Below, piece after piece: positions 49,386 to 63,823 of a stretch of DNA of 64,000 bases. The stretch is from contig CM052817.1 of NCBI GenBank assembly GCA_028534125.1, positions 105,216,001 through 105,280,000 of the forward strand, written 5' to 3'. The stretch comes from Lama glama (lineage: Eukaryota). Below the pieces are notes generated by a model that did no database searches, was not told the origin of the DNA, and saw nothing but the letters and a program-made list of their open reading frames with translations. Both the position numbers and the translations under genes were made by a program. Position 1 is the first letter of the stretch. Each line of letters opens with the position of its first letter.

Positions 49386-51583
49386 CACATACTTCCTTTC
49401 TAAGGAAGAATGGCCGTATTATTTGAAATTCCAAGCAAGTCAAGCCAGGTGACCTTTGAGCTCCAAGTCAGTTTAATTACTTTTTATACTTGCTTTAATA
49501 GTAAGCTTTAACATTTTCACAAATGAAACTGTCCTGTGTGACCTTGCTCCCTAGCTATACAGGTAGAAGTTAGATACCATGAGAGGAGGTGTGGTAGCGA
49601 GCTTTCCCCTTCAAAGGGTCTCTAAGGTACAGGCAGCCGCTAGGATGCTGCAGGTCCAGGAGACTAAAAAAGTGTTAACATCAAACCTCACCTTTACATT
49701 TTGCCCAGAAAGTATGTTATTCCACATGCAGTTATCATAATCAGTGTACATTTGATTAAGAAATTATATGTTAAACTTTAATCATTCTTAGCCTGAAAAT
49801 ATGCAAGTGGAGAATTCACATAGAGAATTTCAACGAATAAATTTCCAGATAATGAGCCTTTCCATTACACACATTCAGATTTTTGTGCTAGATTTGACCC
49901 TTACTGTAGTTTCAAGAATACAGTTTGACCCAAAAGATATTAGATATTTTTAATAATATAACAAGGAACTGATCGATATTTAAAGCACCAATGATTTGGA
50001 ATTTGTGATATGAAGAGAGGGGTGGATTAACGTTTCTTTGTCATTAAGAGAAGGTTCTAAACAAATAAATAGTATTTAAAAATGGCTGGATATAGTGTTT
50101 AAATGCTTCAACTGTACACTATTAAGAGCATTTCAGTATCTTCAAATATCAATCTCAGAAATAGTAAAAAAAAAAAAACAGACGTATCTTCATATACAGT
50201 ACAGTAGATTTGACCTGGAATTTATAATAGATTACAATTTTCCCTAGTGAAGCAAAGCACAGTTTTTTAATGGGTTCTAATGGTTGATACAGTTTATAAA
50301 TAATACATGCAAAATTTACCTATTTATAATTTTGTATGAATATTTGAGGGAGAATCTCCATCATGAAATGAATAATAGCAAATCTTACTAAATTAAAATA
50401 TTATTTTACAGTTTACTAATGATAAAAATAAAATATACTTAAAATAATAAACAAAATAACAAAATGCATAAAATTCTCTTTTCTCCAAAAATACAGAATT
50501 GTAAGGTCATTATGAATTAAAGCTGCACTAATATGGACATAACGAGATAAAAAATTAAAATAGAAAAATAAGATACTAGAAATAAATTTTATTCTAGTAT
50601 ATCAATTGTCTAAGGAAACAGGAAAAGATGAAAAAATGCCATTACTATCAAATTTACCTTGATAAATTGAAATGCAGGAAACAGATTTTTACTAATTTGA
50701 TTTTAGCCTGTGGAGAATTATGTCTGAATATAAACCAGATTCATAATATACTGATAATATAATTGAAATTTGATCAACTGTATTTCATGGAGACTAATTT
50801 CAATTAATTTATCTATAAAATGATAAATTGATTATAGGAAAAGTAGCAAAATATCTTTCTAACACATGTCAAAGATATTCCTGTAGGCAAGGTTGTTTTT
50901 TCTTCTTCCTAATCAAGATATAATTTAACATGTCTGTAATTGTTTGATGAAGGGGATATCAAATGCTATATCTCATTACAAGATAAGTCTTCAAGAGAGG
51001 CAAGTTGTAAATTCTTAAGAAAAATATGATGATATAAGTAAATTTCAATTAAAATTCACATTTTAACCTTATACATGCAACACTGTTAGAAATAGTATTA
51101 TGTGTGTGCATATTCTAAAGATAAAGGACAACAAAATATACCCCAATTATATGTACACCCACCCAAAATAATTGTTTTATTGATCCCATTTTAGATTTAC
51201 CAAACTTAAAGGGCACAAATAAATAGTGAACATTTCTAAAGAGACTTATCTAATCTTAAACACCATTCTAATTAATTATTGCTTAATAGTGTCAACAGAA
51301 TAAGACTACCTACATGGCATCGATTACCAGTGTTCTGTGTTGAGAGTGGGTATTCCGTATTTTTTTCATGAAATTTATTGGGTAAGACAGATAATAACAT
51401 TACTTGAATGCCTGACATATTCCATGTATTTTTATGCTATTTTATTTTATTGTCACAGAAGCTGAGAGCTAATCATCCACTTTTTATTTCTATGAAAACA
51501 GAGATAAGTAGTCAGTAAGTTAGTTTGTCTTAAGAGGTTGTAGACATTTTCAATAGAATAATAGACTAGGGAGAATTGTCAGG

Positions 51584-51715
51584 GAGAATGACCACACTCT
51601 CCATCCAGCCAGGACAAGCCTGGTTTACCTGTGTTGCCTGAGGGTGACAATTTATCACGGCTCTTTTACTCTCACCAGACTTCCAGTTTGGATGACAAAT
51701 TATACGGTGACTGGA
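51584..51715 (-). mobile_element. MER94-like hAT-Blackjack MITE
   Basis: rc 'gtcaccgtataatttgtcatccaaactgg...gagagtaaaag...gtaaaccaggcttgtcctggc...gtggtcattct' matches the MER94 consensus as recalled. Confidence 0.7.
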
Positions 51716-53074
51716 GCAATGGGCAACCATGACAGGCTTTTTAGTGGGATAATGGCATGATGTGGGCAATGCTTTAGGAAGATTAATTTGAAAGAAATGT
51801 GTCGAAAAGGATGAAGATAAGAAAGACCTGTAGCAGAGAAACCAATTAGGTGTCTATTTCAGTCATCTCAGGAAATGTACTAAAAATCTGAACTAGGACT
51901 GAGACAACGCAAAGAAAAATAGAATATGTATATTGCAAGCTGAATGAAGCAATGTTACAGATATAAACTGAATAGGATTTGGTACTTAATATGAGAAAGA
52001 GTGAGGAATTAACCATGGTCACATGTTTTGCATCCAGCGTGACTGGGAACCTGACCCCCAAACATGTGAAAAACATCCTGATTGTGTTCTTGGCCGGAAA
52101 CACTTTTTTTTTTTTCCTCCTGAAAAAGCTGCTTCAATTATTATGGATTCTCTGACAATGTTTTCCTGTAAATTATAACACTTCAAATACTAAGATGCAA
52201 ATTTATATTTGATGGCAGAATTCCTAGCTATGTAGGTCGCTCTTACATGTACGGTTGATTTTACAAACTATTAACATAGAAAATCGTGTATTCCAATATT
52301 TTCACAACTGATTTTTCTTCCCTCTTTGTCTGTTATCCTGCCTAACAAGCTCCTTACCCTTCAGCACAAACAGTAATTTTAAAAAGTTGTCATGGTTTCT
52401 GTCATATTTTCCCACACAATGAACACTATTTATAATAGAGGTTAGAAGCCCTAGGTTACTGTAATCAAGTCCTCAAAGTGAATGATGATCATATTCCTTA
52501 TATTTCATGGAAAACTCAAGAAAACCATACTAACAGGTAAACAGTACTAAAATGCCACGTTTATCAATAAACGATGTTTAAGGTAACTCAGAATAAACAT
52601 ATTCCTCTGAGTTAAAAAAATTAATTTTAACAGGAAAGTTGATCCCTGAAGAAATTCATGCCTGATTAGAGGGTAACAAGGAGGTAGGTCAATGGAAATT
52701 TAGGGGGGTTGTGAAGTGAAATGAGGCCTCTTTAATGGAATCAGAGGATTGGATTTTTTTTTTAATTTGGAATTTCTCAATAAATGTCTTCACTCTGGGC
52801 TTGCATACACCTATTACTAGCTCTATATTTATAATTGTGAAAAGAATTTTCCCCTCATATTTTAAATTTGGTCTTTTCCTTCTTTAAGTATAAATGCATC
52901 TGATACATGTGGTAAATGCAGTATCTAGCCTCTGAGAAACAAATTCAGTGGTTGTATTTTTCTTTTTACCATTTTGTTGAGCACAAAATGCTTTACATAA
53001 TAATACAGACAAGCCAATGAGTATGGAGATCAGCATATATCCTTGAAATAAGACCCACAATGGATGGCATCATT

Positions 53075-53270
53075 TCTATCCCCTCCAAAAATCTCCTCCC
53101 ACTCTCTCTCCTTATTTGGTTGTTTATTTCTGATAAGAAAATTTCACATAAGATCTTCCACCATCTGAGCAAATTGTAAACTCTATAGTTCAGTTCAGTT
53201 CTATTAACTATATCTCGTGCCCGTTGAGATGTCTAGAGCTCTTTGTTGAATATAAGTGAAACTTTATAGT
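53075..53270 (-). mobile_element. L1MA-type 3' stub
   Basis: 'taagatcttccaccatctgagcaaattgtaaa...ctattaactatat...tctagagctc...gtgaaacttta'. Confidence 0.5.
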
Positions 53271-53699
53271 CTCAGCCTTTTAATTTTAAATTATAAATGG
53301 GATGAAAAGTGATAGAAATCATAAAGACAGTAGATGTTTTCTTGCGTTATCTGAGCAGGTGGTGAAGGGAGATGGAGGATAATTAAAAAGAATATCCATG
53401 TCTCTGGGAAAGCACGTGTCTACACTGAACCTAAGTGAGGTGTGAGCAAGAAAAATCCTTGAAATATTCTGAGGAAATTCTAGGTACAAGAAAAAAGACA
53501 AATTTTGGGAAGAAACATCTTATTTTTGATGTCAGGCAGCACCATTATTTTAGAGCAAAACAGTGTGGCTATAAATGGAATGACTTGCTGGTAGATAAAA
53601 TGAGTGGAGTTAGTAAGTATCCAAAGGTGTGATTTCAGCATTTATAAGCTAAGGTTTACGCGTCTAGTCCATCAGGGGGGAAAAAATAATGACACCACC

Positions 53700-53890
53700 A
53701 CTATTATTATAACGACAGTTATTATTTCTATGATTTGCCACGTAATGCATTAGGCAATGTGCACATCACCGCACAATGTTCCTGTATCGTAGTAACATTA
53801 AGAGATAGCATCAACTTTTTTCATTTTACAGATGAGAAAATTGAACCTGAGATTAGACACCTTTCTCAAGTCCCTTCTGCTCACAGAAGT
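53700..53890 (-). mobile_element. MIR
   Basis: 'cattttacagatgagaaaattgaacctgagattag' MIR core. Confidence 0.7.
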
Positions 53891-54559
53891 TTGGAGGCTT
53901 TAGCCTGTGGCTTCGGACAAACAAGATTACACCCGGAAGGTGAGTTACAATCTGAACCCACATATTCGCTAAACCGATTAAATAGTTTAGACTTGAACTC
54001 TAGGGAATTTCTAAAACAATAACAGCTGAATATTTCATAGATAGACAGCTTGGTTACACTTTGAATGTCCTGCACTGGCAAATCGATAGCCAGTCTTTTA
54101 TTTCCATGTCATCTCTGAATAATTCAAATTGTTTCTCAGCCATCTATTGTAGTTGTGTATGTATATAACTGTATTATAATGAAAACGTGTGTCTTTTGAT
54201 TGTAATAGACTGATACTTTTGGATTGAATTTTAACTTTCAGATTAAAGAAATATTTTTTCACTATATTTGTGTGAAAATATTTAAATTACAGGCAGGTGC
54301 TGTTTTGCAACTTAACAATGAATGTTACCTGCCAGTTCTCTCCTCTCTTTTCTGTTTATTATGCACTAATATTATTAATATAATGATAAATATTTTCTGT
54401 GGAAATCTTTAAAAAAGAAATGATATTACTTAGATCTAAAAAGTTTTCAAAAGTAGTACATTGTAACAAAAATCATTTAACTTTAACTAATACTCTCGTG
54501 TAGAAATTTAGTAGGGAGTGAATAAATGAATAAATGAAACATACTCTAAAAGCTACTGA

Positions 54560-55193
54560 GTGTGTGGTGAATAATTTACCTTTGCCCTTCCATATAAATC
54601 TCTCCCCTACCATCCCACCCCATCATTCTGTGCCTTCAGAGGCTGAGACATTAGAGGATGACATCAATGCTTCCCAGGTGAGTTCAGTCAATGGGTGGCA
54701 TCAAAAGAATATCTGGAAATGGGAAGGCGCAAAACAAAATCAATGCATTTATTCCCCCATTTCCAGCTGGAGGGGCTTTCTTGACCAACTGCATCTCTCC
54801 AAGTAAAGCCTCACCTTTTACAGTGCAGGCATCTCCCTGCAGTCTCTCTTTTTGTGCGCAGGACCGGATACCTGTTCCCCATCTTCCCTGCCCCGTCAGA
54901 CCCATCAGACCCATGGGTGTTTGTGACAGTCTGAGGATGCAGGTGGCACTACGCCTCCTGCTGTTCCCACACGGTTGTCTTTGCTTGCTGGGGCTACCGC
55001 CACAAAGTCCCAAAGCCTGGGTGACTTAAACAACAAAAATACGTTGTCTTCTGAAAGTTAAGACTCAGCACATCTTTTTTTTTCGGAGGATGTAATTTGA
55101 TCCATAGCTCTGTTCCCTCAACATTATAAGCAACCCTTTTATTAAACTCTCTTCATACTAATTTTCAGAGTCCTACCTGACTCCCTGACTGAC
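54560..55193 (+). mobile_element. LTR33-family ERVL LTR with a nested mini-MLT1
   Basis: 'ctgtgccttcagaggctgag...agttcagtcaatgggtggcatc' and a 3' end 'ccctttattaaactctcttc...ccctgactgaca'. Confidence 0.6.
54976..55109 (-). mobile_element. Internally deleted MLT1 LTR
   Basis: Both MLT1 termini ('ggggctaccgccacaaagtcccaaagcctgggtgacttaaacaac' and 'gttaagactcagcacatctttt...aatttgatccatagc') lie within ~135 bp. Confidence 0.6.
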
Positions 55194-57185
55194 AGAGCTC
55201 TTACTGGAGGAAAATTAACAGCTGCTTTCAAACGTATGACATCTGAAATACACTTAAACATAATAAGTATCTGTGTCAAGATACAGGGATGTCAAAGATT
55301 ATATTATTTTGTTTCCTCTGTACAAGTGCATGTTGAGGACACAGAACGTGATTTTAGTTACAAACATCCAAGTACATGTATCCAAGTTATAAATCTCCAA
55401 AGCTGATTCCCTTTGGTTTAAAATCAAATTGCTCTAGCAAATTTCATGAATTTCCATTAAAAAATTTATGAAATTTTGAAGTAGACAAAAATGTGTTTCA
55501 ACTATGCTTCTATAAATTCTTATAAGTCTTAAATATATTGATATTACATATTTTTTTTAGTTAATTTTTGCCTAACCCTAATCTCTTGGACTCATGTGAG
55601 GCATCTCTATAATACAATTCTTACCACCTTTCCCATCAAATGTTGTTGAGCTATATTGCAAAACACTAAAGAGAATTGATCAATTAGCAAATATTAAATA
55701 ATTGCTTACTTTTGTATAGTACAATACTAGACTATAAATACTACTGGCAGCACTGTTAAAAAGTCAAACAAATATGAAATGATGGTGATGCCGAGAGTGA
55801 GGCAGGAATATAATACTTCTCACAGGCTGAGAAATTGTTCCAGTTCAATTAGTAACAGGATCATTTAATCACGAAGTGGAAGTGACAAGGACACTGATGG
55901 AAATACATGTGGGGTAGAAATGGAAATGGGAGAAATAAAAGAAAATGAAAGTAAACAAACTGGTTCACTAAATGCTTACTCTTTCCCATTTGTTTTTTGT
56001 AATAAGGTTTCTTGGGGATTATGTATATGTAATATAATATATATATATAATATAATTATTCTTCCAAGTCAACCCATATCTTAAAAATAAATGTTTTACT
56101 GCATTGTAAGTGTACATTTGGGAAAATAAAAAGAGAAAAAAGAGGAAAAGAGTATTTGGTTTTAGGTTCTGTTTTGCCAATATCCTTGATGTTACTCATC
56201 TGTATCTGGAATCAGGACAAGAGGAAGGATATATGAATCCTAAATATTTATAGTAATTGTAGGAATGTCCTAGTTCTTAGAGGATGCCCATCATCATCCT
56301 GACATTTCCTCAGCATGTCTGTTTAGAGGTCATGCTTCTGGGAGGCAGGAAGGTGAGCAAGTGTGAAAGCAGAGGGGAAAGGATCCAGATGACAAGGCTG
56401 CAAAAGAGGGAAGATGCCTTGAGGCTCAAGAGTTCATGGAAGTCATGATTGGATCAGGAGACACAGAGAAAGCTACAGTCTTACAGAGAAAGAAAAATGT
56501 CGCTTTAAAGTTATGAATAAAATAGAAGAGGGAAGACATGGAAATAGGAAAACTGGAGAATAAGAGAATTTGTGCCGTAGTTTAAGAAAAATTCAGTGTA
56601 GAAGATGAATTTCAGTGGAGGATGTGTAAAGTGAGGAAAATGCTGCTGAATCTGGGAAGCATGACTTTCTATGTCCCAAAATTCAAATCAGGAATTTCCT
56701 TGATCTTGTAATCAAGGTTGGCTATATTCTACACCATAGAAAGGGTAATAGACGAGAGAGCATTTATTCGTTTAGGCAATAATCAGTAATCATAGAGTTG
56801 ACCACAAACCAAGCAATAAATCTAGATCTTAGTGGATACCATCTGTGGTCAGCTGTGTCGTTCCCTTCACTTCTTCTGTTGTCCTTAAGTCTTTATGTAC
56901 AGACCCACTGGTATCTTGTATCTACTAGCATTTATTTAGGAATCCATCTTTAAGAAGGCAGAGAATACCCCAAAGACATCAGCCTCCTCCATTCATGAGG
57001 TTCAAAGTTACTTGTGATCTTCAAGTCTATATGCTGCTGATCCATTACTAGTAAGTCTATATGTACTATTTTAAATAGGCAATGGAAAATCTCTGATACA
57101 GTGGAAGTACCTATAAACTTTTGGCATCACATCAATCTTTTTACATTTTTAAAAAATTATTCATTTTTTATATGAAGCCACATCA

Positions 57186-57857
57186 GTTTTTTTTTAATTG
57201 ATGTATAGTCAGTTTACAATGTGTCAATTTCTGGTGTACAGCATAATGTTTCAGTCATACATATACATATATATATATTTGTTTTCATATTCTTTTTCAT
57301 TATAGTCAACTACAAGATATTAAGTATAATTCTGTGTACTATACAGAAGAAACTTGTTTATCTATTTTATATATAATAGTTAATATTTGCAAATCTCAGA
57401 CTCCCAATTTATTCCTTCCCACCTCGTTTACCCTAGTAACTATAAGATTGTTTACTATGTCTACGAGTACCTTTTTGTTTTGTAGGTAAGTTCATTGGTG
57501 TCTTCTATTTTCTTTTTTTAGATTCCACATATGAGTGATATCATATGATATTTTTCCTTCTCTTTCTGTCTTACTTCACTTAGAATGACAGTCTCTAGGT
57601 AGGTCCATCCATGCTGCTGCAAAAGGCATTATTTTATTCTTTTTTATGGCTGAGTAGTATTCCATTATATAAATATATCATAACTTCTTTATCCAGTCAT
57701 CTGTTGATGGACCTTTAGCTCATTTCCATGTCTTGGCTATTGCATATAGTGCTGCTGTGAACATTGAGGTGCACGTATCTTTTCATATTAGCGTTCCTTC
57801 TGGATATATGCCTAGGAATGGCATTGCTGGGTCATATGGTAAGTCTGTTTTTAGTTT
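57186..57857 (-). mobile_element. Young camelid L1 3' fragment (~670 bp)
   Basis: Poly(T) start; TSD CACATCA (57179-57185 / 57858-57864); ORF 57783-57977(-) contains ORF2p-like KLKTDLPYDPAMPFLGIYP. Confidence 0.9.
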
Positions 57858-58114
57858 CACATCAACCTTAAGGTATCCTGACCCTATCCTCACCCATGGA
57901 AACAAAACAAAGTAAAAAAATAATACATTGATCCAGTCTATAAATCTCGATTTTTGCCTTAGAGACAAGACTTGCATCAGTATGAAGAGTGGAAGAAATC
58001 ATGGTTGTTAGATAAAGGCAGAATTCAATGTGAATCCTACTTTTAACCCTTTCTAGATACTATATTTTAAAATGACAGTTTTCTAATCTAAGATAGGGAT
58101 AAATTTGAGGATGA

Positions 58115-60430
58115 ACTTTTAAATTGTAGTTAAAATACATAACCAAAAGTCATCTTCTTAAGCATTTTAAAATGCACAGTTTAGTAGTGTTAACTATATG
58201 CACATAGTTGTACAACATATATCTCAATAATTTTCATTGGAAGAACTGAAACTCTAAACCCATTGAACAACCTCTCATCTCCCTCCATGTCAGCTGCTGG
58301 TAACCACCATTCTCCACTGTGTTTCTACTTTCGATGCCTCATATAAGTGGAATCATACATCATTTGTCTTTCAAGAGTAGCTTGTTTCACTTAGCATAAT
58401 GTCCTCAAGGTGCATCTATATTGTAGCATATAACAGGATTTCCTTCTTTTTTTAAGCCAGAAAACAATCTCATTGTAGGTTTACACCACATTTTATTTAC
58501 CCATCCATTCATTGATTGACACCTGGGTTACTTCCACCTCTTGACCATTGTGAATAATGCTGCAATTAACCTGGGTATCAAATATCTCTTCTAGATCTTG
58601 CTTTCAGTTCTTGTGGGTATATACCTGAAAGTGGAATTTCTGGATAACGTCATGATTACATCCTTAATTTGCTGAGGGACCTCAATGCTGTTTCTCATAG
58701 CAGATGCACCATTTTACATTCTTATCAACAATAACCAAGGTTGAAAACAAGAGTTCCAATCTCTGCATATCTTCTCCAATGCTTGTTTTCTGGTTGTTGT
58801 TTTGTTTTGTTTTGTTTGATAGTGACTGTCTTAATGGGTCTGAGGTGATATCTCATTGTAGTTTTTACTTGCATTTCTTTAATGGTAAGTTTTGTGGAGC
58901 ATCTTTTCATATGCTTGCTGGTCACTTGTATATCTTCTTTGGAGAAATACCTATTCAAGTCCTTTGTCTAATTTTGAATCGGTTTGTTTCTGAGTTGTAG
59001 GAGTTATTCATTCATTCTGGATATTAACCACTTATAAGCTACATAATTTTCAAATATTCCCTCCCATTGCTTATGTTTCTTTTTCATTTAGTTGATTGTT
59101 TCCTTTCATGTGCAGAGATGTTTAAATTTGATGAATTCCTGCTTGTCTATAGCCTGTGCCTTTGCTGTCATCAAAAGGAAACATTGCTAAATCCAGTGTC
59201 CAAAATTTTTCCTTGCATTTCCTTCTAGGAGTGTTTACAGTTTTACATTTAGGTCTTCAATCTATTTTGAACTAAATCACATTTATGGTGTAAGGTAAAG
59301 GTCCAACTTCCTCTTTTTCATGCGGATATTCATTTTTCTTATTTTTCTAACACCATTTTTTGAAAAGACTGTCCTTCTCCCACGTGTGGCCTTGGAACCC
59401 TTGTTGAAGATCATTTTACCGTATGCGTGAGGGTTTATTTTTGGGCTCTCTATTCTTCCAATTGCTCTACATTTCTGTCTTTATGCCAATACTACACCAT
59501 TTTGATTTTTGTAGCTTTGTAATATGTTTTTAAAGCAGCTTGTGTGAGGCCTCCAACTTTGTTCTTTTCTTAAGGTGGTTTTGGCTATTAGGGGTCCCTT
59601 GTGATTTCATATAAATTTTAGGATTCTTTTTCTATTTCTGCCAACAAATTCCATTGAGATTTTGATAGGTATTGCATTGAATCTGTAGATCTTTGAGGTA
59701 ATGTGGACATTTTTAACAGTATTAAGTCTTCCAGTTCATAAACACAGGATTTTTTTCTTTATTTGTATCTACCTTAATTTCTTTCATCAATGTTTTGTAG
59801 TTTTCAGTGGGCAAGTCTTTTGCCTCCTGTTTAAGTTTATTCCAAAGTATTTTATTGTTTTTGGTGCCATTGCAAATGAGATCGTTTTCATAGTTTATTT
59901 TCAGATGATTCATTGTTAGTTTATAGAAACACAGTTTATTTTTGCATGTTGATTTTTGTGTCCTGCAACTTTGTTGAGATTGTTTGTTAGTTGTAACAAG
60001 TTTTGTTGTTGCTTTTCGCTTTGTTTTGTTTTTGTGAAATCGAAGTCTTTCCACATGTAAGATCACATTATCTGTGAACAGAGATGTTTTTACTTTCTCC
60101 TTTCCTATTTGGATGCTTTTATTTCCTTTTCTTGACTAATTTCTCTGTCTAGGACTTCCAGTAGTATGTTCAATATAAATGGCAAGAGAGCCTAGCCTTG
60201 TTCTTGATCTTAGTGGAAAAGCTTTCAGTCTTTAACCACTGAGTATGATGTCACCTGTGCCCCTTTGTATACGGCCTTTGCTATATTGATGCAGTTTCTT
60301 TCTCTTTCTAGTTTTTTTTTTTTTGAGAGTTTTTCTGTGAAAGGGTATTTAATCTTGTTAAATGCTTTTTCTATATAAATTGGGATAATGATATGGTTTT
60401 TGACCTTTATTCTATTAATGTGGTGTAGAT
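58115..60430 (-). mobile_element. Older L1 (L1MA/L1MB-type), 3' UTR plus ORF2 C-terminal ~2.3 kb
   Basis: ORF2p-like peptides MNRYFSKEDIQVTSKHMKRCSTKLTIKEMQVKTTMRYHL (58725-58958-) and KDLPTENYKTLMKEIK (59722-60066-). Confidence 0.9.
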
Positions 60431-63275
60431 TTTCTCTTCAGTCACTACCACATACTCAATGCCTATTACAGCACCTGACCCAAGGAGTTGCTAAAAAAAC
60501 ACTTCTGTAATGATTAAAATCATAAATATACCAAATAATAAAATCCCTCCCTTATATTTCACATCAAACTCTTCCTCTAAAATCTAAAATTAGCCTATTT
60601 TATCTTCTCTTATATGCCAATATTTGCCAATCTAATTCATGTGTGTATTTCAGGCAACTATAACTGTAACTTAGAAGCAAGTCATGTGAGATCTTCTCTT
60701 TCATATTTGGAGATAGACTTGAAGTATAATTAAAGTTGAATTAGTGTCCAGTCATCCATCTCTGTCAAAGTGTTTCATGAAAATGTTAAGGTTGGAGCAA
60801 ATGTAATGAACATCTGTAGGGAAAAAAAAAGGAAATTCTGCAACAGATGAGGTAGAAGGTGTTGAGAATCCTCAGCTCTGGTTTAATTAGGATTGATTAA
60901 GTGTTAAAATGATGATGAAACAAGGGACTATTAATTGAACACAAAGGTGGGCAATGAGACAGGGTGTCTGTGAACTGAAACTGAAGAGGCAGCTCTGTGA
61001 AGTCAACTAGGATTATTCTGGGATATACGCTGTGCAGCTAAGTGAACCTTGTCACTTGCCTAGAGTAAGTATATAAAACAGTGTGCCAGTAACAGGGCCT
61101 GATGTGAAGTCAAAATAAATAACCAAGCAAAACACTGCATTATGTGCATTAGGTTGTTGCTTATGTCTAAGGCATCCGATTATTTGAACGTTTTTTCCAT
61201 AAATTTCCATTACCAGTTTGTCTTGGTATTTTATGCTCCACAGTAAACATAGTAAATGGAACATTAATTTTAAGACTCATTTTAAAATGTGTTGTTTCTC
61301 TTTGTTTATAACTTTTAATTTCTGTCTTGTATTTCACTGACAAACAGAACACTTTTATTTATTTGGTATAAAATGCCCTCAGAGAAGTATTTTCAGTAAT
61401 TTAAGAAGCATTCTATAAAATAAATAATATTATAAATATTATTAAAATATTATCAATTTATAAAGATTTCATAAAAATTTAGTAACATTTTATTGCTATT
61501 TATAATTCCTATGCACGATTGAAGGTAATTTAAGTATAATTGTTTTCATGTAAAACATCTTTTTGTATTTGTTATAAATTTCTATGTCTATGATAATTAT
61601 ATTAGGTTAGTCTCTATTTTTAGGTAAAATAACTGTCATCTGTGTATAATATTTAAATTCTATAGTACAGAAATATTTATTCTATTTGCCACAAGGTTTT
61701 CTTTCCTGTTAGTAGATTAAAGATTCCTTAAATGAATTAGTATCTGCTGATCGTTTTTGTTTATAAAGCAAGACATAGTTCCTATCTTTTTTTTTTTAAC
61801 TGACGGGAAGAAATCTCACATTACTAGAAATTAGTTGGCCAATTTCTGTACTTTTCTTCAATAAAACTACTCAACAAATACAATCAATTCAGCTAATAAT
61901 TGCTAGTGATTACATGTTTGGCAGACAACTCAGCTTAACGTTACCATCTGTGTTTTTACAATGGGCATATAGACAGTGTCTATGAAATAGCCACATTTTG
62001 TACATCACCCCTGAAACGTGAGCATACATTTTCTTAATTTTTTGAAATCTTATAAATTGCGTTTGTGTCATTAACAAGATCATGGCAAAGGGGAACTGAA
62101 TACGTAGCCATGTGTGACTAACAGGTACTATTTTGTCAGTGTTTTCATGTACGTTTGGTTTAAAAGTTCCAAACCTGAGTCAAAGTTTGAAGTATATATT
62201 CTTAAGTCAGCCTGGCTTACATCCCCTTCACATACATTTACCAAAGGTAAGTGTAGACGAAGACTCAATAAAAGGCTTTACAGAGCAAAATAAAACATCT
62301 CAGTTCATGTCAGGAGGTTGAAACTTATGACTCTCAGGGTGTATTGCTTGTTCTCAGATATTACATTTTCCATCCACACTATTCCTAGAAGCTGATATAT
62401 TATTTTTATTCCTAAACCATTCATAGAATATTAAATTAATAATTTGTCTGATGAATAATTAGACATCATTAAAATTCTAGTAATCTTAGAACTCTGCTTG
62501 ATCAATTAAGCAGTTTAAATGATGATAACAAAATAAAGCAGGCTTGGAATACATTTACCAGATGATGATGATGTTAATACTTTGGTGGACAGGGTGAAAG
62601 GATATTTTAGGAAATGCTGAATTTTAGTGAGAAAATGGGCAGGCTTTCCTTCTTTCAGCAGCTTTCTGTTGGGCTTTCCTGTGTTGAGGAGATGAGGATT
62701 AGCAATGGACAAAAAAAGGAGACCAAAATCTCATTTAGGGGTAGACAACAAAGACATAAGTAAGTATATATGTTTCTAGATTGTGTGTTTACTGTGAGTC
62801 AGAAATTCACATCACATTCTGAATATCAAACTTGCATATCCTGAGGTGCTCACTAGTGATTAGAGTGAGGAATTTAAAGAAAAAAACAAAAAGCCTTTGA
62901 ATAGAGTCAGAAAAGAGCATCATAACAGAATTCTACAGTGTTCAAAGGAAGGAAGTGTCATAGCAGTTGTGCAAATCAGATAAAGTTTCTGAAAGAAATA
63001 GCATTCTGTATACTCTTGAAGAATGGGTAGATTTTTAAAAAGTGAAAAGGCACAATAAACAAATGCATTATCAAATACGTGAACACATTCACTCAGGAAA
63101 TACCTTGAGCAGTTACATTAAAGGCAGCTATCCAAGCCACAGAGAAGAAACATACATATGTCAGGTTTACACTCAGTGAGCTGACATTAGAGTGGGAGAA
63201 GACATGAGTGAATGAATAAATGAATGATTAATATATCTTCAAATTTTAATATATCCTATGAAAAAGTAGCAGTAT

Positions 63276-63823
63276 TGTTACTCCAAAAGGGAAAGGGAAA
63301 AGACCCCAGTTGTTGTCTACCCAAAAGATAAGATTTCAGTTGTGCAACAAAAGATTTTAAAGAATTTATTTAGGAAAGGAAACGTGCACCTCCAAGAACG
63401 GGAGGGGGGCTGATCCAAGGGAGGGAAAGCAGCGGTTTTTGTCTCCCTTTCTCTTATACCCTCACTTAGAGATACAAACAGTCTCTTGATTGATTGACAG
63501 CTCTTGCCCCTGGAGTGCTCAGTCATGTTTGTCCTCTTTGTCCACGTCCTTACCCGTGATGCACACAGGCAAACCCATGGGGGTGGGGAGGGATAAAACA
63601 CAATGTTAATTATAATAAAATGAGCTTTGGATCATGCCCAGTTAAGTCCTTTTCACTATGGAGCAGTTGTGGCTGTCGAGTTTTAACCAGTTTCTTGCTG
63701 GCACTTATTTAGAGGAAGTAAAGCCCCTTTATGCTGGAGGCGGGCATAACGCCATCTCCCCGACCATCCCCCCTCTCTTCCACCTTATCTGCCCTGTGCC
63801 CCCACTTATCTAACTACCTAACA
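63276..63823 (-). mobile_element. Solo ERV1-type LTR (548 bp), same family as 26439-26980
   Basis: rc TGTTAG...GTAACA ends; 4-bp TSD GTAT (63272-63275 / 63824-63827); antisense AATAAA at 63365-63370. Confidence 0.92.

Noticed and set aside
26439..63823. Single provirus bounded by the two related LTRs
   Set aside because: Opposite orientation, different self-contained TSDs, and no primer-binding site or gag/pol/env
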